Assembly: GCF_902652985.1 (NCBI RefSeq)
Contig: NC_047032.1
Span: 30,442,001 to 30,506,000, forward strand
Direction of reading: 5' to 3'
Source: Pecten maximus
Taxonomy: Eukaryota
DNA length: 64,000 nt
The first letter of the stretch is position 1; each line of letters opens with the position of its first letter. A model generated the notes under the pieces. The model worked only from the letters and a program-made list of their open reading frames with translations, ran no database searches and was not told the DNA's origin. Below, piece after piece: positions 52,505 through 64,000 of this stretch. A program made the position numbers and the translations under genes.

Positions 52505-52706
52505 CGAAGGCTGATTGATATGTTGTGAGCCTCATATTGAAGGATAAGAATTTTGCCGGATATATTGTTTTATTTTTCAACATACTTTCCTTAAGACCAG
52601 TCCTTGGGTACACGGCCCTATATAGTCAGAGACTAGTAGGACTTAAAAAGAACATCCTTCAGTAACTCCTTCGATATGAGGCTCACAGCATATCGATCAG
52701 CCCTCG
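52505..52706 (-). mobile_element. 202-bp MITE derived from the same mariner family
   Basis: TA|CGAAGGCTGATTGATATGTTGTGAGCCTCATA...TATGAGGCTCACAGCATATCGATCAGCCCTCG|TA; a fusion of the mariner right and left ends. Confidence 0.9.
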
Positions 52707-54047
52707 TATTTCCAATGCAGGCGCAGAAGAAAGAAAGACAATTGTGTTACGATAATTTCCTGATTTCTTACACATCTGGGTCAAACTTTAGTACAATATA
52801 AGTTACACATATTAACTTAGTCTACACAAATCATCACGACATGTGACAAATGTAGTAGAGATGTAACACGAGTGACAACCTGACAGGCATTACATCATGA
52901 ACTGTCATTTAACACATAAAACAACAAACCGTATCACGGTTGACAGAATAAAATGATGATCCATTTATTTACATTAAAACCATACCAATACAATATTACT
53001 GTATATTGCATTTAATCATTATCACAAGATACTGTCAATATTGCAGACACAATGAGTTATCACTGTGCAAAATATTTGATAATTAAATCAAAAATATCAT
53101 CTTATATTTTTCCGTCCAATATCGTTTATATCACCAGTAATAAAGCATGATTTATTTATTTTAACATAAAAAATATTATTTACCGTCACAGGGGGAGGCA
53201 ACTATCATGCCCCACCATGTATGAATAACTACTCGCTTCAATCACAGCGATTCGGCGATTGTGTTTAATAGTAATCACTAATTTTATGTACAGAAACACA
53301 AAGAACAGCATGATATGAAATATTCCGTTACTGACAATCGAATTTATTTACAAATAAAAAATTACACACGAAAGATGCAGTAGGTCTACTGTAAATATGG
53401 TTATTTGGTTATCACGTAGATCACACAACAAATTAATTTCGCTTTAGTACAAATCTGAGTGAAAGATCACAATCGACACTAAAGCGGTACTGTGATGAAT
53501 ACCTCTGTTATAATCACTAACCATATACTTATAAACTTACCTACAGAGGTAAGACAAAAACTGTTAACTTTCTTCTCGCCTTCCCGTCTTTTGTAGCATT
53601 GTAAACACTGAAAATTTCGAATTGAACTTACAATGCGCATGCGCTTGCCCGACGAATAGTAAAGCTCAGAGCCTTCCAAAGCAAACTTTAACCAATGTCG
53701 ATAAAATTGACGTTACAACCAAAAATCAACTATACACGTGCATTAACATTGCATCTATTGATGTTTATATGATTTCACTATCTATTATTATCATCAGTAA
53801 ATTAACTGTAATTTTATAAAGCATCTGATTGTAATCAATGATTGTCATATTAATGTAAAAAGGTGAAGGATAAGACCAGAGCGATAACAACTGTTCAATG
53901 GTTTCCTGGAATTATTCACTTATACTTCAGTAAACACCACATACCTATGGTTAGGGTTATATTTTATCATTTGTTGTTGAAACTCAGTAATATCTATTGG
54001 TTAACAAAATCACGTGTCACGGTGCAAAAACCCGTACAGCATGCATG

Positions 54048-54156
54048 TTGTTGATAGTATTGTCATTGGTATTACTTTTGTTGATATTGCTGTTGTTGAT
54101 TTTACTGTTGCTGATATTACTGTTGTTGATATTACTGTTGTTGATATTACTGTTGC
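54048..54156. repeat. 15-bp tandem repeat
   Basis: (GTTGTTGATATTACT)n, about 7 copies. Confidence 0.85.
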
Positions 54157-54939
54157 ACATTCACATGACTTGATTGTATTGTTATCATAGCGTAATGCCA
54201 CTGGTAAAATTATGAATACATATTAAATCATTTCATCAGTAAATTAATACCTTTCTATTATATAAATCTTAAAATGCATTAATAGGAAGATGTCCAGATG
54301 AAATCAATTTATCAATCCGATATATCATTGACAATCGGGTTGTGCGTCTACATAATTTATTATTGATCAAGGGTAGGAATTGTTTTATTTAACGAGATCA
54401 TGTCAATATACGAATTACCTAGCCAACCGACGTCGAGCATTCGATTTTAACCCATTACTGCTCAGACTTTTACAGAGTTACGTTACGTGATATAAAACAA
54501 TAATCAATCCCGAATGATTACACCGATTTAATCACTTCCGGTTGAATGCCAATTGCATCCTGTGTGTTGAGAACAACAACGGAAATGGCCATTACACTTC
54601 GCTATATGAAACAACGAGACATTAACACTCAAGCAATGATAATGCTTCTTAAATGATTCTCAGCGTTCACACAACTCGATAAAATGCCTGTCGACATATT
54701 TATGGAACACACCAATTAGGTTAGATGGGAATGGTTTTAGAAACTTACGAATTTTACTCCTAGAGCTAAAGTCCCCTTCCTGAACCCCTAGGTGCTCAAT
54801 GATTATTCTCTAGCCATGATATTTCCCGTCTTAAGTATATGTATTTAATATAAAGGATAAGAAACATAGTAAGAAATAAGTGTAATGGCGTGATGTATAT
54901 TGGTCACATGATGTAATTGTATTGATATCATAGCGTTAT

Positions 54940-55360
54940 GCCACTGGTAAAATTATGAATACACCTGTTCAGTGTGGGATAAAACAAACAAACTCTCACA
55001 CAAATAAAAGTATTGATACGCGTGTCTAGTGTGAGATAAAAAAAACTCTTTCTCACAAATAAAAGTATCGATACACCTGTCAAGGGTAGGAAAAAGGAAA
55101 TCACAGCACTTGTAAAAGTGTTGATACGTCTGTCTAGGTTAAACAATAAGGAACTGTTTTACAGGTAAAAGTGTTGACACACTTGTCCATGGCAATATAA
55201 ATGGAAATCTGACGCGGGTTAAAACATCAACACACCCGTCTAGGGTAGAAAAAAACTGAAATCTGACACAGGTAAAAGAGTGAAGAGGCTTGTCCAGGGT
55301 AAGAAAAAAGTGGGAAATCACAGCACTGTCAAAAGTGTGGATATACCTGTCTGGGGTAAG
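54940..55360. repeat. Highly degenerate tandem repeat, about 55 bp
   Basis: Recurrent GTAAAAGTGTTGATACACCTGTCTAGGGTA. Confidence 0.65.
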
Positions 55361-56377
55361 GTGAACAGATATTTTAATGTTACAATATTACGAAATAAAA
55401 CGGATTAACTGTCATGGAGTTTAATAGACAAGTTAGAAATACGTAAACATCATTGGTTGTTTACTCCGTAACAGAAAGTTTCATTCCATGACAGTTTGGT
55501 AGTTTTATTCTTTTACTATTGAGTATGATATCTTATGATGAAAATTTTGCGACTTGAAATTGATATTTTACATATTTGACCTTTATTTGATTACAATCTC
55601 CATTTTGCCTTTCTAACCCCCAACTCATGATTCGTATTCTATGCTATACGATTGATTGTTTGGACATCAGAACAGAGCAAATGGACAACTGTTTGGTTAC
55701 TAAGTAAACTTTAGATATTGTACATAAGAATATGTGCTAAACGTTTCTATATTTATATGTCTGTTTTCGTTTTATTTAAACATAACGGACGGGATTCCTT
55801 TACATAACCTTCGAAATATTACGATGAAAATCCTGTCCTTGGAAATCAAGTTATTTAAAAAGATTATTTTCCCCTTTTTAATCATTTTCCACATTTTTGC
55901 CTGTTGGCTCCTCTGTTTTAATGTGTACTGACATTATACTGCTTTAATTATAGTTATTCAGTTAAGGATGAAATTATTTGATAACGTCATTAAAGTTATC
56001 ACTTCTCCGGGAATAATGCTGTATTTATTAAATCCTGTTTGTTCCAATGCAAACTGGCTCACATTTATTGAATTAATTTTTTTTTTGTAGCGACAATGTT
56101 TAAAAGAACGCATGAAGATAACTTCGTAAAAATCTTGCTGGCACAGACAGAAAACATCGATGAATTCACGACTTGGAAAAGTTTAAATTTTCTTTAACAC
56201 TCTTCAACCCTCTAGTTTCAAAGCATTTTACAGAAAAGATATAATCATTGTTTAATTGAATGGCCAATTCGCTGATTAGCAGTAGATCGACAAGTCCATA
56301 TCACGCACTTTGGGGTGATATTTCGGAACTAGTGGACCGATTATAATAACGTTCTCATCTTCATTCTTTGGATAACA

Positions 56378-56553
56378 AATGGAATATTTAAGCATTGAAC
56401 TGATACCAAATGGTAGTATACAGTTGATACGAATACGATTTGGGTGACAGAATGTCGCCCGTTGCGACATGAAATATTGATCTGTCACCCAAATTGTATT
56501 CATATCGACTGTATACTACCATTTGATAACAGATCAATGTTTATATTTACATT
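56378..56553. mobile_element. Long palindrome (arms about 73 bp), probable end of a non-autonomous DNA element
   Basis: CAAATGGTAGTATACAGTTGATACGAATACGATTTGGGTGACAGA / TCTGTCACCCAAATTGTATTCATATCGACTGTATACTACCATTTG, with inner hairpin ATGTCGC/GCGACAT. Confidence 0.75.
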
Positions 56554-58320
56554 CTTATTTTTTTATTTACTGTAGCTTAAAAGGCGTTTTAATTTGCCGC
56601 TTACCCTATCACTGACGTCATCAAGTTCAAATACCGGAACAGCCAAAATTTTCAGAAAGAATAATATAGTCCCTCATGTCGTTATTAATAGCAATCACAT
56701 AAAATGGTTTTGCACAAATTTGGCTTTATTTTATATTCCATATACGGTTGTACAATGTAGGTATCGTCAAATTGTTCACAATGTGTATAATTTCTTATTG
56801 TTTAAAAATAAGGCCATTTTCGGCGCAATGATATACGGTTAACATTTAGAAGTGATGCGGCGTTGAACGGGTATTGCACTGGACAGACTCGATTCCTCGG
56901 AAACACTTATGTTTCTATCGACTGGCTTTACGTTATTTTCAGAGAAACATCGGCTCTTAAATTCTAAATGAAAGTCGTCTTGACAGTAGGCGAAAACGAT
57001 TCCAAGGATATTTCTTTCGAAACCGATTTCAGTCCAACCCGTCCTCACATCAGTGTCGCTAACTTAACAGACGACGTTCAACTTCACAGGGGCTCTATTT
57101 TGGAGTAAGGTAGGCCTTTAACATCAGTGAATAACCACAAAACTATACTTCAGTATATATACACAACAGGAAATCGTGTCGATACTGCCGATTTTTCGCA
57201 AGACTTTTTTTTTTGTGTGTAAAAGCTGAACTTTTAATGTTGATCTGAAAATTCGGCAACGAACCCCTGTGTGTGTGTATGACGACATTGACAATTTGAT
57301 TATTTCGTACATGTATAGATCAAGAATAACGCTTATAATAACTGTGTGTCGACTTTTTTATTTTTATTATTAAATATTTCTCTCATTACTTGTGTTGCTT
57401 TATTTTTTGTGGTGGTTTATGTAGATAAATGCTAGCATTCGAAAGCTCTCTATGCTGAATGTAACTGGGGGCCATTGTTTAACCTACAACACCTTAAGCT
57501 GTCACCTACACTGACCGAATCATTGTGGATTGTAGTATACAGTCTCATGAATACAATTTGGTTTATTAACGACATATAGGCAAATGCAACACGGAATGTA
57601 AATATATTAAAATGTATATCAATTGTCATTCCAGGTAGACTTCAACAAGGAATAAATTGATATCTCTTCATATGTCTAAGGTTTTGTATAACACAACAGT
57701 ATCGCGTGCTACAGTTGTATTACCGTATTGATACTGTGGTGTCGGAGTCGCTTGTTACTGGAAGTGAAACAAGACTAATTTGTGCCTGTTCTACTGTACT
57801 CTGTTTGTACTTCCGGAAAACCTCAATCTCACATTTAACATGTGTTTGACTCTACTATGTTTAATCGATAATATAATTGGTTAGTGTACATTTAATTGTA
57901 TATAAGTATATAATTACAAGTTGATTACAAAAGGAGAGTATATAATAGTACGGTTGCACGATATTAAACGATTTGCTGTCATTACGCAGTACATACATTG
58001 TATATATACATGACATTGTATACATTACTCTGTGGTACTATCTGACCGGAAATACGTACTAGGTAATCCAGATAGCCGAGAGGAAATGTTATCTTAGCGA
58101 CTCCAAGTTAGAATTACAAGCTCGTTTGCGTATGTAAATTCTCAGTTAGTATAAATAACATGATTATATATTGTCGATACGATAATACTTCTTTCTTTTC
58201 AATATTAAACGATATCATTGACATTAACATTGATGACAAAAGGATTGGACATCAGACACAGTCTATTTATATCCTCTTCAAAACAGCACAGTAGTACAAG
58301 CAAGGTACATTTAACATATA

Positions 58321-58821
58321 CAGGGTGTTTCAAAATAGTTAATACATCCTAAATTGACTTTACTCAGTCACTACTTATCATGTGAAAACGCTTTATACAC
58401 CATATGATATGTAATTGTGCAAAGGTTTGTTTAACAGGGAAAATATGATGTCATCTATGACGTCATCTATGACACATAAACCAAACATTTCCAAAGCAGT
58501 TTAACTGTTTTATAAGCTAAATTTACCTACTGTATAAAAGTGGTCAGATTTCTGTTTGGTTATCTTAAGGAGTTACAATTAACCTCCTGAGAACACTGCA
58601 GACCTGTGGACGACATTTAGAGCATTTGGTATAAAAAGGTTCCTTTTTAAAAAACAGTTAAATGTTTAATGGTGGTATGGTCAGTTACATAAATATAAAT
58701 GTAGATATAAGAATAAAACGTAGAAAATGTGCTTTCATGTGGTATATATATTAATTTCCTGTGGTTAAAATGAAATGAGTTATTGTGGTTTAGAAAGTAT
58801 CAGATATTTTGAAACACTCTG
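58321..58821. mobile_element. Tc1/mariner-superfamily MITE
   Basis: TA|CAGGGTGTTTCAAAATA...TATTTTGAAACACTCTG|TA. Confidence 0.9.
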
Positions 58822-60659
58822 TATTTCCGTAATATGCTGTATACGAATTGAGAACCTAAGAAGGGATCACTGTTGGCGGTATCAGTAATAGCGACAACAC
58901 TGTGCCTCGTTGTAACAAACTCACTCACTCACAACCTCAAATATACCAAGCATACGGAGATAGTGTAAATTCAATTTTACTTGCATTCCATCGTGAAAGA
59001 CTAATCCTCCTGAAGCAATTTCAGCTTCAAATGATAATGGGAACATTCCTAGAAACAAATATATGTCATGTGTGAAAAAAACAACTACAACCGTACAAAA
59101 CGAGAAAACATTCTTGTAAATGAGCTTATTTGAAAAAGAGATACAATAAAACTGTCATCAGTCACCTATTCAAGTAAATTCTAATTCATTGAATATTTCT
59201 CAAAACACGTTGGCGTCAATAAAGAATTTAAAAAAAAATTGACATAAAAAAACGCTAATACAATATTAATAGCTTCGTGGCATGTAGAACAATATTTCAA
59301 CTACAATGTATCTAAAGGTAGCATGTCGATAACAAACCCTGATATGACGTGAGAAAGCTGCTGATATTTTTATCGTAACTTTTTATAACACGGTCCTGAT
59401 AGAGCATGTGTCACCAAGCAACTTGTAATACAATTGTCGAAGTTATTTTTACCGGATGCATTGTTACAAGATGTAAAGGTAATCCTAACTCTATACGTAT
59501 CTTAACCTTATTCTGTTAAGAAAATACTTATCTACTACTTTTAATGACATTCGAAAATGTATTACAAATTGTGTTGATGTGCAAAAGATACGTATTTTCA
59601 AAATAGAATTAGGTTGAAACATCTATAGAGTGAAGATTGTCTTTCCATCTGGTGACAATTTATCCGGTTAAATGGATTTTCATTACAGATTGCGTCGTTA
59701 TTACAAATTGAATGGTGACATATCTTTGGGAATATCATTTACCATTGTTATCATTGACGGCATCTGTTAATCAAAATTACAATCATCGACAAGAAGGAAA
59801 AGTATGCCGCCGAATACATGCCAGAGAATACTGACATATTTACGAAACTTTATTTCTAATTCACAATCGATCAAAAAGGCCAGGAACATCAGCGAATACC
59901 GACATATTAACGAAACGGTTTTTCTAACTAATAATTGATACAATGAGTGCAAATTTCGAACAGAAAATATAGATTGACATTGATACACATGAAAAAGTAA
60001 AAATACAGCCAGGAGTTCCGGAATGGTAAACGTTTTGTACTCCTGTTTGTTACAAATACATTACGTTTAATGTATATATCATTTTAATCACACCATGGAT
60101 TTTATGGACGATTGGCTGCCAATACGAGGGCTTGGAATCTTAAGGATATGAAGCGAATTAAACCAACAATATTTACAACTAAATTAAGTCATTGGTAATA
60201 TTTGATGAAGCTTGATAAATGTTTTGCTGTCGCTTTATTTGGTTACGGTCTGTTATAATCAGAAAAGTTCTTTACCGGAAACATGTGTGTTTGAATAAGT
60301 ATCAAATTCAACCAATCAATCAAAGAATAGTCGGAAGTTGAAAACATTTTGTCTGGGCGTAGTACAAACCTCCGGTACATGAAGTTATTTTCAGTCATTT
60401 GCAATCATTGCATCCTTACACAGTAAACGATAAAAAAGATTCTATGATTTTTTTTTTCAGAAAAAAATCAAAATATCAAGTTAAGATAAACTTCTTCACT
60501 TTTTATTTTCTTCGTCATCGAGATTATCACCTCTAATAGCTTCACACTGACCAGCGATGAACATGCGTGGCAGTACATTCGATCACCGTTAGCATAGACA
60601 AGGTCCCCAGTCATTACAAAATAACGGTAACATGTGAACCAGATATTACTAGCGGAGGA

Positions 60660-60850
60660 CAGCTGATTGACTCGAATAATATATATTATTTTATCATACA
60701 GCCGTTTGATTTGAATAATATTTATTATTTTATCATACAGCTGTTTGATTTTAATAATATATCTTATTTTATAAGACAGTTGTTTGATTCAAATAATATA
60801 CCTTATTTTATCATACAGTTAATTGGTTTAGATACTATATCCTGTTTTAT
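60660..60850. repeat. 39-bp tandem repeat, about 5 copies
   Basis: Unit CTGTTTGATT.AATAATATAT.TTATTTTATCATACAG. Confidence 0.85.
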
Positions 60851-63800
60851 CTTAAAGCTCAGTATAATTAATAAACTAGTTTTTAGTCGAGTTAGAGGAG
60901 GTTTATTAAAGATATTTCTGTGTCCTATGCAATGTGGCTTCTGAGATTGCGAGAAACATTTCTTCGTAAAGGTCAGTGATCGAAAATAGACCAGCAAAAT
61001 AAAAAATTGAATAAAAATCTAGTTCCCGAAAAACATTGATATTTTTTTAAGATTGTCACCAATTTAAAAACAAAAAATGACGCTCGTGTGTAAATAGTAT
61101 AGCGGTTTTGCCCTGAAAACTATTTTTGCCTGATCAATTCCATGGAGTGACCTATATCTAATTTGGGACATACCGTTTAAGATGTCTTTCTGTTCACATT
61201 TCAGTATCAATTTCGGGTTGCTTTCAAACTACAAACTTTATCTATTTTACAACAATTGCGAAACAAGTTAACTTATTTTAATAAGCTGGCCCAGTTGGAA
61301 GCTCGCGAGGGGTCTTACTTTAGGAGGATACTGGAGAAACTGGGGAAAACCCACGTGTTTCTATTAATGCCATGACAATGAGAATAACACAATCGGCTGT
61401 ACAAACGATCATCAAACATGTTGAATATAAATGAGCTGAAAAGTCTACAATAACCTGCATTTCCCAAAACTGCTGCTAAAATTGAATTACACAAATATAA
61501 GAATGCTTAAAATTTCAAAACATTTTTTTAAACGTTGAAAGCCTTTATACCCTGTAGAAATAGCCTAGTCGTTGCTTTTGTAGTCCTACGTAAGACTTGG
61601 TACAGACATAAACTAACTAGAAGCAGCGGTATTCTTCTCATTAAAGTAGCACGCGGCGGCCTCTAGCTGATTTATCATTAAGCGCTGAATATTGATGTCG
61701 ATGACCTGATGGTAAAGGTGCCATCAGCTGTCGATAAACCTTCAATTCAGGTGAAAGAACTGAAAATCAAAGAAACATCATTTTATTTTGGATCTCTAAA
61801 TCCAGAATTGTCGTTTTATGAGAATTGTTTCTCTATTTTTGTCTCGTTATTTTTCTCGCTCTGCAGTCCGTTTTTTTTTACTCCAATACGACGAAAGAAA
61901 AGATAACGGAAATGAACGGTGATGGAATAGGAACGTACAATCTCAAAACAACAACAACAACAGAAAAACACCGACGTAAAAGCAAAACTTGAAAATAAAA
62001 TTTGAAAAGGACAAATATGTGTAACACTATAGGCCCTAGGCATCGCTGCCTTGTCCTAGATTAACGAAATGGCTGCATGCTGTAGTAACTATTTCAATAT
62101 TGGTTTTATTGTATATAACTATAAAACTCTCAATTCGTAATCAAAGATGAAAATATCTTGTGTGTTTTGTACATATGTACATTCATCAGTGTCACATGAC
62201 CATGGCTGTCACGAGGATAGTAAACACCCCAAAATAAAGACCACTGGAAAGAGTATGGAAAGAAGCAGATATTCCGCATAAGTGAAATTAGTTGGCCATT
62301 ACGTATAGATTGAGTCTGAAATTGCGGTTAATGAAGCGTTTTATACTGCAGCTTGCTTAATTAGCATGTTAAAAAATGCAGCCCATATATTAGAGGTCCT
62401 AATCCCTCTTACATTTCACAAAATGTTATCACAGTTCACCGTTTTTAAAAATGCATAGATTGCCAAATCTCTGTCACTAGAAGGGGTTTCGGCATTTGAC
62501 ACTGCGCAATACAACCTAATGCATTGGGGATCCATATAGAGGACCAATGTCCCGCTAGCTTCTAAACAACGTTTTGAGGAAGAATTGAAAAATAGACCAA
62601 ATTTACACCAAATGAACAATACTCGTCCGTTAAGTCGCATTAATTGTGTCGTTTATACGTACACATATCTATCTACAGGCTAAATGTCTGTGTATTTCTC
62701 AGTCTATGCTAAAACCACGCGTGTTCTGATAAAGCCATACCAACAGAGGTCGTCACGATCGTTAATCGAATATAATCTAAGAAGGGTAACTGTCACCGAG
62801 ATATTTGAAAGTACATTTTCGACATTATGATCTCAATACGATATGAAATCAGACGTGTGTGAGGACCCGGATGTGATCTAGATTTCTATGGAGAAGACGC
62901 CTACTCTCCCGGAGTACCTGTTCCTATTCTTCTCGTACATTTTTAAAGTTTTCTTTGTCAATCCATTTTAATAGTTTGCCTCTCGTTTTAAGAATGTTGA
63001 TTTGGAAATATCATTCTTTGCCTAAATAATTTCAGAAAACATTTTTCATGACTACTACTCCCAAAAGTACTGTAATATATTTCTGTCTAACATCGAGTCC
63101 TTGTACTTTTTTCTTCTTTTTTTTATCAAAATCTATTTATTCAGGCAAATATGTTTATATATTACAAATATATGTAATTCATCGTTTTCATTTTTTCTCA
63201 TCCATTCTACTTGCATTTCATCTCTTTAATTATAATTCACATAACACTCATTTCGGAGATATACTCTCTCTATACAATTATTTCAATAAAAGAGTAAAAA
63301 ATAATAATGATATCTTGTGAAGAAAATAAATGCGTAAATATATTGGTGGAATTACTCCGGTGTCCGAAAATGTGTTTTGTCTAAATTAGTTTTTACTTTG
63401 TGATATCGTGTGTCTGCGTCGAGCTTCCTGTACGTGTCTCGGATTTTGGTAATGCTATGAACCTAATTTCTTTATATATATATATATATATATATAATTA
63501 TTTGCAATAAGATTAATATACGTGTTTTTAGAATGATATGTGAATTAAACATTTTCTAGATATGTGCAACATGTTTCCAACAGTACCATGATCCCAGACA
63601 CGTGGTCCGTGTGTGATGCTATATATATATGCATAGCTTTTATAAACATTTGTTTCATTTGTAGTCATTTGAAAGTGTTTTCCTTAACAGTTATTATCTT
63701 TTGGATATTCTGCTCCGTGGACATCATACACCGTGTTTATTAAAGAAACAACCTCTAGACATATTATCAAGAAAATAGCACGCCAAATTCCATATCGTTC

Positions 63801-64000
63801 AAGGAAAGTTAAAAAATCTACCAGAGCTGTCACCTTAATGTGTGGTCAAAGTAATGGTTTGTTTTATCTTAACATCGAAACTTTTAAAGTTTGAACGGTG
63901 TTTCACACTATTCAGATAGTAATGATATATACCTCTTTACCAAAAACAAACCCACACTGCTTTGTGCTCGATTATGTAACAATCGTCCTAATGGGGATTG

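Noticed and set aside
61530-62640. Candidate minus-strand exons with plausible acceptors (about 61760 and 62560)
   Set aside because: All frames hit stops and no recognisable domain; cannot be supported without homology search.

Overview
AT-rich eukaryotic (animal) intergenic or heterochromatic DNA, most consistent with a bivalve mollusc (inferred from the tRNA-derived V- and CORE-type SINEs and Penelope-like fragments). I found no intact protein-coding gene. Main contents: (i) a decayed minus-strand multi-exon gene with repeated CUB-like modules (about 1.2-12.4 kb), invaded by SINEs, a Penelope-like RT and a satellite; (ii) a complete 3.76-kb TIR-bounded PHIS-group (PIF/Harbinger-ISL2EU-Spy) DNA transposon at 46265-50026, encoding a lesioned HTH+DDE+SWIM transposase and flanked by AAA|TTT with no TSD; (iii) two defective DD34D mariner copies plus a MITE derived from them; (iv) a Mutator-like foldback element with a nested pogo-like MITE, other MITEs and palindromic elements; (v) more than a dozen unrelated tandem arrays, including a 6.3-kb 21-bp array that explains all the very long ORFs, a 13-bp array of AP-1 sites and a 58-bp array whose unit has hammerhead-like topology. 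All calls were made by eye; boundaries of degenerate features are approximate.
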